Shown: positions 25,655 to 35,950, counted from the stretch's first letter. The stretch: 53,028 nucleotides of DNA from Candidatus Nealsonbacteria bacterium (GCA_026396115.1 JAPLXL010000006.1:1-53028), one strand, 5' to 3'. Numbers and translations: made by a program. Notes: generated from the letters alone by a model not told the origin.

Positions 25655-26645
25655 TGTTATTACTTTCGGGTCAGCGACCCAGGATATTTATCTAAAATCA
25701 AAAAAGTTTCTGCCGGTTTCCGGCGAAACTTTTGCCACAGGGCAAGGCATTTGCCTGACCTTTGGTTCAAAAATTGAGATGGAAGATATTTTTTTGAGTT
25801 CTGGTGGCGGCGGAACAAATACGGCTGCTACTTTTGTTAATCAAGGACTGAAAACCGCTTGGTGCGGTCAAGTTGGCGAGGATTGTTTTGGCAATTTAAT
25901 AATCGTCGAACTGAAAAAATTAAAAATTAGCACCGAATTTATTTTAAAAACAAAAAATAAGCTTACCAATACCTCGGTCTTTTTAACTTATCCTGGCAAA
26001 GACCGGACAATTTTGGTTTATCGGGGGGCTTCCGATGATTTGGGGAAAAAGGATATTCTTTGGCAGAAAATTAAAAAGACCCGCTGGTTTTACTTGGCTC
26101 CATTCTCCGGAAAGTTGGCGAATTTAACCGAGGACTTAATTAATTTTGCCCAAAAATCTAAAATTAAGATTGCTTGGAATCCGGGATATGATCAATTAAG
26201 ATTTCCAAAGCCGGTTTTGGAAAGAATTTTGAAAAAAATTGATATTTTAATTTTAAATCGAGAAGAGGCTTCGTTATTGACTAAAATTACTTTTCAGAAA
26301 GAAAAAGAAATTTTCCAAAAAATCGATAAAATAACAAAAAATATAGCTATAATGACAAAAGGCGGGGATGGCGTGGTTGTTTCTGACGGAAGATATCTTT
26401 ACCGGGCGCCATCTTTAGCGTTGAAATTTATTGACGGCACTGGAGCGGGCGATGCCTTCGGTTCGGGTTTTGTTGCCGGAATGATTGAGAAAAACGATAT
26501 AACTTTTGCCATCCAGTTAGCGATGGCAAATTCAGGTTTTTGCATTGGTAAATGGGGAGCTAAAAAAGGATTGTTGAAAAAAGGCCAAAAATGGCCAAAG
26601 ACAAAAGTAACTAAAGAGTTATGTTCAAAAAACGGTTTATGCTAA
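25647..26645 (+). CDS. PfkB-family sugar/nucleoside kinase (start moved to ATG 25647)
   Basis: MFDVITFGSATQDIYL, GGGGTN, DGTGAGDAFGSGF. Confidence 0.85.
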   Translation: MFDVITFGSATQDIYLKSKKFLPVSGETFATGQGICLTFGSKIEMEDIFLSSGGGGTNTAATFVNQGLKTAWCGQVGEDCFGNLIIVELKKLKISTEFILKTKNKLTNTSVFLTYPGKDRTILVYRGASDDLGKKDILWQKIKKTRWFYLAPFSGKLANLTEDLINFAQKSKIKIAWNPGYDQLRFPKPVLERILKKIDILILNREEASLLTKITFQKEKEIFQKIDKITKNIAIMTKGGDGVVVSDGRYLYRAPSLALKFIDGTGAGDAFGSGFVAGMIEKNDITFAIQLAMANSGFCIGKWGAKKGLLKKGQKWPKTKVTKELCSKNGLC

Positions 26646-27511
26646 ATAAAAACTTAAAGGATTATTTTGAGAAGGCTCAGAAGGAAAGGTGGGCGATAGG
26701 GCAGTTTAATATTTCCAATTTAGAAGCCTTACGAGCAATAGTTCAGGCCACTAAAAATTTAAAAAGCCCGGTAGTTATTGGTACCTCAGAGGGAGAAAGT
26801 AAGTTCCTGGGATTAAAACAAGCGGTGGCCCTGGTCAAGGTTTTTCGTAAAGAAACAGGCCTTCCGATTTTTTTAAACCTTGACCATGGAAAGAGTTTTG
26901 AGTATATTAAAAGAGCCATCAAAGCCGGGTACGATAATATTCATTTTGACGGTTCAGGGTCGTCGCTTGAAAAGAATATAGCAATTACCAAAAAAATTGC
27001 AGAATACTGCCACAGGAGAAAAGTTTTAATTGAAGGAGAAATAAATTCTATAGCGGGTTCTTCCGAAATCCTTAAAAAAAGACCCGAGATTAAAGAAGTA
27101 AACTTAACCAAACCGAAAGATGCCTTAAAATTTATAAAAGAAACTAAAGTTGATAGCTTGGCAATAAATATAGGAACTTTTCATGGTATGGAAGTTGACC
27201 GGGAAAACCCTCGAATTTACCTCCAGAAACTGAGAGAGATAAAAGAAAGAATAGGGGAGAAAGTATTTTTGGTTTTACACGGAGGTTCTGGCACCCCAAA
27301 AGAAGACATTAAAGAGGCAATAAAACTTGGCATAGTAAAGATTAATATCAATACCGAATTAAGGGTTATTTACACAGAGACTTTAAAGAAAACATTTAAA
27401 GAAAAGCCAGAAGAAACTACTCCTTATAAATATTTTCCGAAAGTAATTTCATCGATCCAAAAACTAGTCGAAGAAAAAATTAAATTATTTGGTTCGATTA
27501 ATAAAATATAA
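26639..27511 (+). CDS. fba: class II fructose-bisphosphate aldolase (alternative ATG at 26621)
   Basis: WAIGQFNISNLE, NLDHG, LVLHGGSGTP. Confidence 0.9.
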   Translation: MLNKNLKDYFEKAQKERWAIGQFNISNLEALRAIVQATKNLKSPVVIGTSEGESKFLGLKQAVALVKVFRKETGLPIFLNLDHGKSFEYIKRAIKAGYDNIHFDGSGSSLEKNIAITKKIAEYCHRRKVLIEGEINSIAGSSEILKKRPEIKEVNLTKPKDALKFIKETKVDSLAINIGTFHGMEVDRENPRIYLQKLREIKERIGEKVFLVLHGGSGTPKEDIKEAIKLGIVKININTELRVIYTETLKKTFKEKPEETTPYKYFPKVISSIQKLVEEKIKLFGSINKI

Positions 27512-27512
27512 A

Positions 27513-27563
27513 GGCGAAAAGAACGAAGTTTTCTTCTTCGCCTTCGCTTCCATCGGAAGCTCG
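27513..27563. repeat. palindromic repeat family copy R15 (arm II) filling the fba-rplY spacer
   Basis: GGCGAAAAGAACgaagTTTTCTTCTTCGCCTTCGCTTCCatcGGAAGCTCG. Confidence 0.88.
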
Positions 27564-27567
27564 TCAA

Positions 27568-28248
27568 ATGATTACTTTATCAGCTAAAATTAGGAAAGAT
27601 TTAGGTAAAAAAGTAAAAAAAATCAGAGAAAAAGGAATAATTCCCGCGATTTTATACGGGCCGAAGATAAAAAATATTCCTTTAGAGGTTGACTTGAAAG
27701 AATTTGAAAAAGTTTATCAGGGGGCCGGAGAAAGTTCTTTGATTCATCTTCAGATAGATAATAAAAAGTTTTTGGTTTTGATTTATGATCTTGAAATTGA
27801 TGCCATTTCTCAAAAGCCAATTCATATTGATTTTTACCAGCCCAAATTGGATGAAGAAATTACAGCAACCGTTCCTTTGGTTTTTGAAGGAACAGCTGCG
27901 GCCGTAAAGGACTTGGGGGGAACTTTGGTTAGAAATATTCATGAATTAGAGGTAAAAGCCCTGCCCCAGAACCTTCCTCACGAGATTAAAGTGGATATAA
28001 GTAAATTGAAAACTTTTGAGGATAATATTTTAGTTAAAGATTTGATTATTCCCAAAGAAGTGAAAATTCTTAAAACGCCTCAGGAGACCATTGCTTTTGT
28101 TTCAGAGCCAGAAAAAATAGAAGAAGAATTAGAAAAACCAATAGAGGAAAAAGTGGAAGAAGTTGAAAAAGTAGAAGGAAAGAAGCCGTCTGAAGACGAA
28201 ATTGCGGAAGAAAAAGAAACAAAAGAGACAAAACAAAAAGTGAAATGA
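27568..28248 (+). CDS. rplY: ribosomal protein bL25 (Ctc form) with acidic tail
   Basis: LSAKIRKDLGKKVKKIREKGIIPAILYG and HIDFYQP. E/K-rich C-terminus. Confidence 0.9.
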   Translation: MITLSAKIRKDLGKKVKKIREKGIIPAILYGPKIKNIPLEVDLKEFEKVYQGAGESSLIHLQIDNKKFLVLIYDLEIDAISQKPIHIDFYQPKLDEEITATVPLVFEGTAAAVKDLGGTLVRNIHELEVKALPQNLPHEIKVDISKLKTFEDNILVKDLIIPKEVKILKTPQETIAFVSEPEKIEEELEKPIEEKVEEVEKVEGKKPSEDEIAEEKETKETKQKVK

Positions 28249-29732
28249 AAATCTCTGATTTTGTCAAGCTAATTTTATTAATTTTCTTGGTTTCGGTTTT
28301 AGTCTTGTCGAATTTTTCTGGTTTTGCCCTCCCGAGCAACGGCGAAAGTGGAAGAAGAGGATTCATCGTCTTCGCCCAAGAAGAATGTAAAACCAAAGAG
28401 GAGTGCGAGGTCTTATTGAAAAAGTACGAGGAAGAAATTAAAAAATTAGAAGGGGTTATTGGTCAAACCGAACAAGAGCAGAGAACAATTCAAAACCAAA
28501 TCAACGCCCTGAGATCAACAATTCAAAAACTTGACCTTCAGATTCAGCAGGGCAATATAATGATAGAGGATTTGAGTTACCAGATAAAAGATACCGATGG
28601 TTCAATAGAACAAACATCCTTAAAAATTGAAGATTCAAGAGCTAAATTGGCAAATATTTTACAGATAATTAATGAAGAAGACCAGACCTCAATTATTGAG
28701 GTTTTGCTTTCCGAAGCGACTTTATCCGATTTTTTTGACAATTTAATGGCTTTGGAAACCTTGAATTTAAAAAGCCATGAATTTTTAGAGGAAATTAAAA
28801 ATCTTAAAATAACTTTGGAGGGGCAAAAACAATCTTTAGATACTGAAAAGGGGGACATGGAAAGGGTTGTTAAGATTCAATATGGGCAAAAACAGCAAAG
28901 CCAGGCAGCCAGAAACGAACAGGAATATTTTTTAAAATTAACCGAAGTTCAAAAACAGCAGTATCTTAAAGAAAAGGAAGCTGCCGAGAAAATAGCAGCT
29001 GAAATTAGAGAAAGACTTTTTCGATTAATTGGAATTCCTGATATTCAGGCTCCTACTTTTGGAGAGGCACTTCAGATTGCTAATGCCGTTACAAAAGTGG
29101 TGAAGATCAGATCTGCCTTTCTTCTCGGCGTAATTTCCGCAGAATCAGCTCTGGGTAGAAATGTTGGTCAGTGTTATATAACCAACAGCCAGACCGGCGG
29201 GGGCGTTTATATTAAAAGTGGGAACCCCGTGAATCGTATTATGCATCCCACTCGCGATGTGCCCATTTTTTTAAGAATTACAGGTGATAATTTTTCCCAA
29301 ATTCCTATTTCCTGTTGGATACCGATATGTTATTCATCTGCAACAGGAAAATTCTCTAACAATGTATCAATTGACAAGACGGGCAATATTATCTGCCCTG
29401 CAGGTTACGGTCCTTGGGGTTTCGGGGGAGCGATGGGACCGGCTCAATTTATTCCCAGCACCTGGGCATTGTATGAGGGAGAGATAAGAAGTTTGTTTGG
29501 AGTTTCTACTCCTAACCCCTGGAATGTTTATGATGCTTTTGCCGCTTCATCTTTATATTTATATGAATTGGGGGCAGGACAAAAAACGTTAGCCGCTGAA
29601 AGTAATGCAGCCAATCGTTATAGCGGAGGATACAGTTGGTACGCTAGTGATGTAATGCGTCGCGCTTCCTGTATTCAGGATTTTATTGATAAGGGTTCTA
29701 TGTCCTCAGAGTGCCAGCAATTAATATTTTGA
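28245..29732 (+). CDS. secreted coiled-coil protein with C-terminal lytic transglycosylase-like domain
   Basis: Signal/TM segment LILLIFLVSVLVLS, a coiled coil of about 250 aa, then ISAESALGRNVGQCY and GAMGPAQFIPSTW (MltB/SLT_2-like motifs). Confidence 0.75.
   Translation: MKISDFVKLILLIFLVSVLVLSNFSGFALPSNGESGRRGFIVFAQEECKTKEECEVLLKKYEEEIKKLEGVIGQTEQEQRTIQNQINALRSTIQKLDLQIQQGNIMIEDLSYQIKDTDGSIEQTSLKIEDSRAKLANILQIINEEDQTSIIEVLLSEATLSDFFDNLMALETLNLKSHEFLEEIKNLKITLEGQKQSLDTEKGDMERVVKIQYGQKQQSQAARNEQEYFLKLTEVQKQQYLKEKEAAEKIAAEIRERLFRLIGIPDIQAPTFGEALQIANAVTKVVKIRSAFLLGVISAESALGRNVGQCYITNSQTGGGVYIKSGNPVNRIMHPTRDVPIFLRITGDNFSQIPISCWIPICYSSATGKFSNNVSIDKTGNIICPAGYGPWGFGGAMGPAQFIPSTWALYEGEIRSLFGVSTPNPWNVYDAFAASSLYLYELGAGQKTLAAESNAANRYSGGYSWYASDVMRRASCIQDFIDKGSMSSECQQLIF
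28329..28377. repeat. palindromic repeat family copy R16 (arm I), in frame just after the signal peptide
   Basis: CTCCCGAGCAACGGCGAAAGTGGAAGAAGAGGAttcaTCGTCTTCGCCC. Encodes LPSNGESGRRGFIVFAQ. Confidence 0.85.
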
Positions 29733-30776
29733 TTCCTGCAAAATAGAGATTATTGCATCTAATTTTCCTTCCATAATTTCTTCAAGATTGTGGAAGGATT
29801 TTTTAATCCGATGATCGGTTATTCTATTCTGGGGGAAATTATAGGTTCTGATTTTTTCCGCTCTCTCCGCTTTTCCTATTTGCGTTTTTCTTTTATCTTT
29901 TAATTTTTCTTCCTCCTCTTTGATTTTCTTTTCCAGTATTTTTGCTTCCATAATTGATAAAGCGTTTTCTTTGTTTTGTTGTAAACTTCTTTCGGTTTGA
30001 GAGGTGACAATGGTGCCGGTTGGCAAGTGGGTGATTCTGACAGCCGTCATCCTTTTGTTGACGTATTGGCCGCCGGGACCCGAAGCCTTGTATGTGTCAA
30101 TTTTTAGATCTTTAGGATTCATTGCGATTTTTCCTTTTTTGGGTTTTTGCAGTACGGCCACCGAAGCGGTAGACGTATGAACTCTTCCGGATTTTTCGGT
30201 TGTTGGAATCCGTTGAACCCGATGAACTCCGGCTTCGTATTTCATAGAAGACCAGACATCACCGTCTTTAATTTCAAAAACAATTTCTTTAAACCCGCCG
30301 ATTTCGCTTGGTCTTGAATCCAGAATTTTTTGTTTCCATCCTTTTATCTGAGAATATTTTGAATATGTTCTGAATAAATCAGCAGCAAATAAAGCCGCTT
30401 CTTCGCCGCCCGTACCCGCCCTAATTTCAACAATTACTGATTGAGGACCGTCCTTTCTTTTTTCCTCCTCAACGCCTAATTTAAATAAATTTTCTAATTC
30501 TTCTTCCAAAATTTTCAGTTTTTTACTTAATTGGACTATTTCGGTTTCGGCCAAAGAGGAAAGCTCTTTATCTTCGTGGGACTTTAAAATTTCTTTGTTT
30601 TCTTCAATTCTGTTTTTTAAATCCTCGATTTCTTTTTCTTTCTCAATGATTTTTTCAAGAAAACTTTTTCTTTTTGTCAGTTCTTCAAATGCGGGCCAAT
30701 TTGAAATTAGCTCAGGGTCGCTGAGCTGGCTTAAAATTTTTTCATACTCTTTTTTAATCGCTTCGATATCAACCAT
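29721..30776 (-). CDS. prfA: peptide chain release factor 1
   Basis: GGQ motif SGPGGQYVNK and RF1-type tripeptide context RIPTTEKSGRVHTS. Its 3' end overlaps the convergent gene by 12 nt. Confidence 0.92.
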   Translation of the reverse strand: MVDIEAIKKEYEKILSQLSDPELISNWPAFEELTKRKSFLEKIIEKEKEIEDLKNRIEENKEILKSHEDKELSSLAETEIVQLSKKLKILEEELENLFKLGVEEEKRKDGPQSVIVEIRAGTGGEEAALFAADLFRTYSKYSQIKGWKQKILDSRPSEIGGFKEIVFEIKDGDVWSSMKYEAGVHRVQRIPTTEKSGRVHTSTASVAVLQKPKKGKIAMNPKDLKIDTYKASGPGGQYVNKRMTAVRITHLPTGTIVTSQTERSLQQNKENALSIMEAKILEKKIKEEEEKLKDKRKTQIGKAERAEKIRTYNFPQNRITDHRIKKSFHNLEEIMEGKLDAIISILQESKY

Positions 30777-30844
30777 TAATTTGTTTGTTGGTTGATTAGC
30801 TTAGATAAGCAACCGCCTCTATTACTGAGCTTTTATGTAATAAA

Positions 30845-30877
30845 AGCGAAAGTTAAGAAGAATGAATATTCTTCGCC
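30845..30877. repeat. palindromic repeat family copy R17 (short, arm I-like) between rpmE and prfA
   Basis: AGCGAAAGTTAAGAAGAATgaatATTCTTCGCC abuts the rpmE stop codon. Confidence 0.65.
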
Positions 30878-31104
30878 TATTTTTTCTTTTTCTTAGTTTC
30901 TTCTTTTCTCGCCAATCTTTTATTGAATTTCTGAATCTGGCCCATGGCGTCAACAATTTTTCCTTTTCCGGTATAAAAAGGATGACAGGCAGAACAAATT
31001 TCCACTTCAATGAATTCCTTTGTTGAACCAATCGTAAAAGTGTTGCCGCAAGCGCAACGGGCTTTAGTATTTGGGTAGTATTTTGGATGTATATCTTTTT
31101 TCAT
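30877..31104 (-). CDS. rpmE: ribosomal protein bL31 (4-Cys form)
   Basis: [27 protein letters not shown]. Confidence 0.93.
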   Translation of the reverse strand: MKKDIHPKYYPNTKARCACGNTFTIGSTKEFIEVEICSACHPFYTGKGKIVDAMGQIQKFNKRLARKEETKKKKK

Positions 31105-31206
31105 CGAGTTTTAACTTGTTAAAAACGAAGATCGAAATGAAGCTTTAGCTTCATTGAGTATCAACCTTTTTCAATTTATCATAAAATTAATTATTAGGCA
31201 ACCCCC

Positions 31207-31234
31207 TTGTTATATTTTCTTCTTATGTTATATT
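31207..31234 (+). promoter_or_regulatory. sigma70-like promoter of rpsB-tsf, geometry implies a leaderless mRNA
   Basis: TTGTTA, 16-nt spacer, TATATT. The ATG at 31242 begins 8 nt after the -10 hexamer. Confidence 0.5.
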
Positions 31235-31241
31235 TAAAAAT

Positions 31242-32060
31242 ATGATAGAAATCAAAAAGAAAATTAAAGAATCCGATTTTGGCATAAATACTGAGGAGAT
31301 GGCTCAGGCCGGCCTTCACTTTGGCCATCGAACCTCCAGAGTTCATCCTAAAATGAAACCTTATTTGTTTGGGGCAAGAAATGCGGTTCATATTATAGAT
31401 TTAGAAAAAACTGCAGAAAAACTTAAAGAAGCCCTAAACTTTATTCAGCAATTAATTTCGGAAAATAAAGTTTTGCTTTTGGCAGGAACAAAAATTCAGG
31501 CAAAGGATTTAGTTAAGTCAACCGCTAAAGAGTGCGGCTTGCCCTATGTTTCAGAACGGTGGCTGGGCGGAACTTTCACAAATTTTGAAACTATTAAAAA
31601 AAGAATTGATTATTTTAAAGACTTGGAAAGGAAAAAAGCCGAGGGAGAGTTAGAAAAATACACAAAAAAAGAAAGAGCTGATATAGACAAAGAATTAAGA
31701 ATTCTTGAATTGAAGGTCGGAGGAATTAAAAACTTGATTAAATTGCCCGAGGCCATTTTTGTTTTAGATATGAGAAAAGACGCGCTAGCCATAAAAGAAG
31801 CAAAAAGAAAGGGGGTTAAAGTTATTGCCATAGTTGACACTAATACCGATCCTACCTTGGTTGATTATCCGATACCGGCTAATGATGACGCTATAAGTTC
31901 TCTTAAATATATTTTAGAGAAAGTTAAAGATGCTATTTTAAAAGCGAAACCTAAAATAGAAGGCGAAGAGGATAAATCCTCTTCTTCACCTACCGAAGCT
32001 TCAGCTGAGGTGGAGAAGAAGGAATCTTCTTCGACTTCGCTTCCTTCGGAAGCTCGATAA
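31242..32060 (+). CDS. rpsB: ribosomal protein uS2 with a repeat-encoded C-terminal tail of about 33 aa
   Basis: AGLHFGHRTSRVHPKMKPYLFG, ERWLGGTFTNF, DTNTDP. Confidence 0.95.
   Translation: MIEIKKKIKESDFGINTEEMAQAGLHFGHRTSRVHPKMKPYLFGARNAVHIIDLEKTAEKLKEALNFIQQLISENKVLLLAGTKIQAKDLVKSTAKECGLPYVSERWLGGTFTNFETIKKRIDYFKDLERKKAEGELEKYTKKERADIDKELRILELKVGGIKNLIKLPEAIFVLDMRKDALAIKEAKRKGVKVIAIVDTNTDPTLVDYPIPANDDAISSLKYILEKVKDAILKAKPKIEGEEDKSSSSPTEASAEVEKKESSSTSLPSEAR
31962..32056. repeat. palindromic repeat family copy R18 (double unit, arms III+II), in frame at the rpsB 3' end
   Basis: GGCGAAGAGGAtaaaTCCTCTTCTTCACCTACCGAAGCTTCAGCTGAGGTGGAGAAGAAGgaatCTTCTTCGACTTCGCTTCCttcGGAAGCTCG. Encodes EGEEDKSSSSPTEASAEVEKKESSSTSLPSEAR. 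Confidence 0.92.
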
Positions 32061-32504
32061 ATGATAAAAATTGAACAAATTAAACAATTAAGGGAAGAAA
32101 CTGCTGTTTCTGTTCAGGATTGCAAAAAAGCTCTTATTGATGCAGGCGGCGATCTGAAAAAAGCAAAAGAAATTTTAAAAAAATGGGGGAAAGATTTGGC
32201 GGCAAAAAAAGCAAGTCGGGGGACGGAACAGGGAATTATTGCCAGCTACATTCATCCTAATAAAAAAATTGGCGTTCTTTTAGAGTTGGACTGCGAAACA
32301 GATTTTGTCGCCAAATCACAGGATTTTCAAAATTTGGTTCACGAATTGTGTTTGCAGATTGCCGCCACCAGGGAAGAGAATCCGCTTTTAGAACAGTTCT
32401 GGATAAAAGACCAAACAAAAACCATAAAAGATTTGATTAATGATTATATTTCAAAAACGGGAGAGAATATTGTTGCTAAAAGATTTACCAGATACGAGAT
32501 ATGA
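32061..32504 (+). CDS. tsf: elongation factor Ts, short form (147 aa)
   Basis: N-terminal UBA-like IKQLREETAVSVQDCKKALIDAGGDLKKAKEILKKWG, then ELDCETDFVAKSQDFQ. Confidence 0.88.
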   Translation: MIKIEQIKQLREETAVSVQDCKKALIDAGGDLKKAKEILKKWGKDLAAKKASRGTEQGIIASYIHPNKKIGVLLELDCETDFVAKSQDFQNLVHELCLQIAATREENPLLEQFWIKDQTKTIKDLINDYISKTGENIVAKRFTRYEI

Positions 32505-32842
32505 TAGAATTAATTGCTACAATTATTTTTTTTACTAGCTTGGTTGCCATAGCAATGATTGTTTTCAGGAAAATACCTGTACTTTTAGGATTGCCCGAAA
32601 CCGTCCCTTCTCAATTTGATTGGAAAGAGTTGTTAATAAAAATTAAAAACTTGCTGCCGTTTAGAAATTTTTCCTTTGAGATTTTTCTCCAAAAAATCCT
32701 TTCTAAAATTAGAATTTTAACTTTAAAAACAGATAACAAAACCTCAAGCTGGCTTCAAAAATTAAGAGAGAAATCTCAGAGAAAGAAATTTGGAGAAGAT
32801 GATAACTATTGGGAAAAGGTGAAAAAATCTACAAAGAAGTAG
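32501..32842 (+). CDS. small membrane protein, unknown function
   Basis: 113 aa. N-terminal TM helix LIATIIFFTSLVAIAMIVF and a basic C-terminus. ATGA overlap with tsf. Confidence 0.55.
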   Translation: MIELIATIIFFTSLVAIAMIVFRKIPVLLGLPETVPSQFDWKELLIKIKNLLPFRNFSFEIFLQKILSKIRILTLKTDNKTSSWLQKLREKSQRKKFGEDDNYWEKVKKSTKK

Positions 32843-32855
32843 ACTTTGAAACTCA

Positions 32856-32927
32856 GCCAGCGTAGCTCAACAGCAGAGCAGTTGCTTTGTAAGCATCAGG
32901 TTGTCGGTGCAAGTCCGACCGCTGGCT
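32856..32927 (+). tRNA. tRNA-Thr (anticodon UGU), no encoded CCA
   Basis: Hand-folded cloverleaf. Acceptor GCCAGCG/CGCTGGC, D arm GCTC/GAGC, anticodon loop TTTGTAA, T arm GTCGG/CCGAC. One U-U mismatch in the anticodon stem. Unusual T loop TGCAAGT. Confidence 0.8.
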
Positions 32928-33019
32928 CTTGACAAATTTTTTTTGAAAAATTAAAACTGTAGAAAAATAATAAGAAAAAGATAGTATTTTAACAATTTGG
33001 ATTGGAGGTGAAGTGAGAA

Positions 33020-33853
33020 GTGATGGAAAGAGATAGTTTCCGGATTGATTTGCAGTTTCATCCATTTAAGAATAGCGACTACGGGCTCCTGGATATTCTT
33101 AGGGCAATGGAAGAAAAGGATCTTGATGCGCTCGGCTGCTTGGAATACAATTGGCAGAGAAATGTTTCTTTGGCTGTTATCAGGAAGATGAATAAAGAGG
33201 TAAAGAAGAATTATCTTGTTAATGATGTTAATGGTAATCTTTTCTTTACGAATAAAGAGACCGGTAGAGTTCTTTGTTTGATTTTGGGGCAGGAGGTTGC
33301 TCCGCCGAATCAGGAATGGCATTTCCTTTCCATAGGCGCTCTGGAGATAAGGTCCTGGCGGAGACTTGAAGATATAATAGAGGAGATTCTGGATAAAAAT
33401 GGCTTGGTAGTTTTTGATCATCCTTTTGCAGATCCTCAGAGATTTTTCGCAGGCATTACCAAACAAAAAGAAGAAAAATTGTTCTTGCTCTGCGAAAAAT
33501 ATAAAGGAAAAATTGCCTTGGAATGGAACGGTTATTGTCTGCCTCGGCTGAGAAAAATTCTGCCTTTTTACAGCGACGTTAACAAAAAAACAGAAGAGTT
33601 GGCTAAACGATTAGGTATTCCTGTTGTGCCGACAACAGATCTGCATGCCATAGACAAAGATATGCTGAGCGTGATGGGCACTTGTTTTATTGAGATTCCT
33701 TTTGATGGTATGTATTGCGAGAAGATTTTGTCGGTTTTGAAAGAGAGCATTTTTAGCTTTAATTTTGAGCCACATAGGGACTATGTTTCTTTTTCTCACT
33801 TTTTTAGGGCATTCGCAGTACCTTATATCAAGAGTAAGATGGCGGCTGGATAA
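33020..33853 (+). CDS. PHP-domain-like metal-dependent phosphoesterase (tentative); ATG at 33023
   Basis: FRIDLQFHP, VVFDHPFAD and PTTDLHAID resemble PHP motifs. Preceded by GGAGGTG. GC content is clearly above that of its neighbours. Confidence 0.45.
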   Translation: MMERDSFRIDLQFHPFKNSDYGLLDILRAMEEKDLDALGCLEYNWQRNVSLAVIRKMNKEVKKNYLVNDVNGNLFFTNKETGRVLCLILGQEVAPPNQEWHFLSIGALEIRSWRRLEDIIEEILDKNGLVVFDHPFADPQRFFAGITKQKEEKLFLLCEKYKGKIALEWNGYCLPRLRKILPFYSDVNKKTEELAKRLGIPVVPTTDLHAIDKDMLSVMGTCFIEIPFDGMYCEKILSVLKESIFSFNFEPHRDYVSFSHFFRAFAVPYIKSKMAAG

Positions 33854-33956
33854 TTCCAACGCCATTTTATTTTAAAGCTTTGTCCTTACACCTAATCAGT
33901 AAAAGCGCATTAACGCCAAACTAACGAAGCTATTACTGCTGATTAGGTAGGGGGGC

Positions 33957-33984
33957 TTGACAAAGATCTTTGGAAGAGTAAAAT
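33957..33984 (+). promoter_or_regulatory. sigma70-like promoter upstream of the 16S rRNA gene
   Basis: TTGACA, 16-nt spacer, TAAAAT. About 260 nt upstream of the mature 16S 5' end. Confidence 0.55.
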
Positions 33985-34122
33985 TAGAATTAGAAGAGAC
34001 AAATCTATGGCAAAAAAGAAAGCAAAAAAGAAAAAGGTTTGTTAGTGAGATTAGGGATTGAATGAAGAAAAGATTAGAAAAGTCAGGAAGTCTCTTCCTG
34101 GTTTTTTATATCCTGTATGATT

Positions 34123-34175
34123 GTCGAAAGAGAATTTCATTCTCTTTCTTACCTTCGCTTCCTTCGGAAGCTTGG
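34123..34175. repeat. palindromic repeat family copy R19 (arm II) in the 16S leader
   Basis: GTCGAAAGAGAATttcATTCTCTTTCTTACCTTCGCTTCCttcGGAAGCTTGG. Confidence 0.8.
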
Positions 34176-34208
34176 TGATGGAAGAACTTTAAAAATTAAA
34201 TATGGAAC

Positions 34209-34233
34209 ATCAGTTATTTTAAGTTGTTCCGAA
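34209..34233 (+). other. 5' half of the pre-16S processing stem
   Basis: ATCAGTTATTTTAAGTTGTTCCGAA pairs with 35848-35872, about 23 of 25 positions complementary by hand. Confidence 0.75.
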
Positions 34234-34244
34234 TCTATTTTTTT

Positions 34245-35746
<1,502 letters not shown>

Positions 35747-35782
35747 CTAATTTTTTAAATTAGAAAAATAGTGTCGACTGGA

Positions 35783-35810
35783 GTCGAAGGGGAAGAATTC
35801 TCTCTTTAAC
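35783..35810. repeat. degenerate palindromic repeat family copy R20 in the 16S trailer
   Basis: GTCGAAGGGGAAGAATTCTCTCTTTAAC. Contains the boxA-core-like CTCTTTAAC. Confidence 0.5.
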
Positions 35811-35847
35811 TCCAAGGTGTTGGTCGAGGAGCCGTGAAATCTCGACT

Positions 35848-35872
35848 TTCGGAACAACTTTAAGTAACTGAT
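35848..35872 (+). other. 3' half of the pre-16S processing stem
   Basis: TTCGGAACAACTTTAAGTAACTGAT is complementary to 34209-34233. Confidence 0.75.
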
Positions 35873-35873
35873 A

Positions 35874-35907
35874 AAAAAACGCATTTTTTCAGACTGCGTT
35901 TTTTTTT
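35874..35907 (+). terminator. rho-independent terminator directly after the 16S unit
   Basis: AAAAAAACGCA-ttttttcagac-TGCGTTTTTTTTT. Confidence 0.7.
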
Positions 35908-35950
35908 GTAGTAAAATTAAAAAATGATGTCATGTCGTCTTTGACAAAAG

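Noticed and set aside
29721-29732. 12-nt convergent overlap of prfA and the lytic transglycosylase gene as a regulatory feature
   Set aside because: Short convergent overlaps are common in compact genomes, and no additional structure was seen.
32951-33466. 171-aa minus-strand ORF overlapping the PHP-like gene
   Set aside because: It is low-complexity and motif-free, and it is fully overlapped by the longer plus-strand ORF, which has PHP-like motifs and an SD/ATG context.
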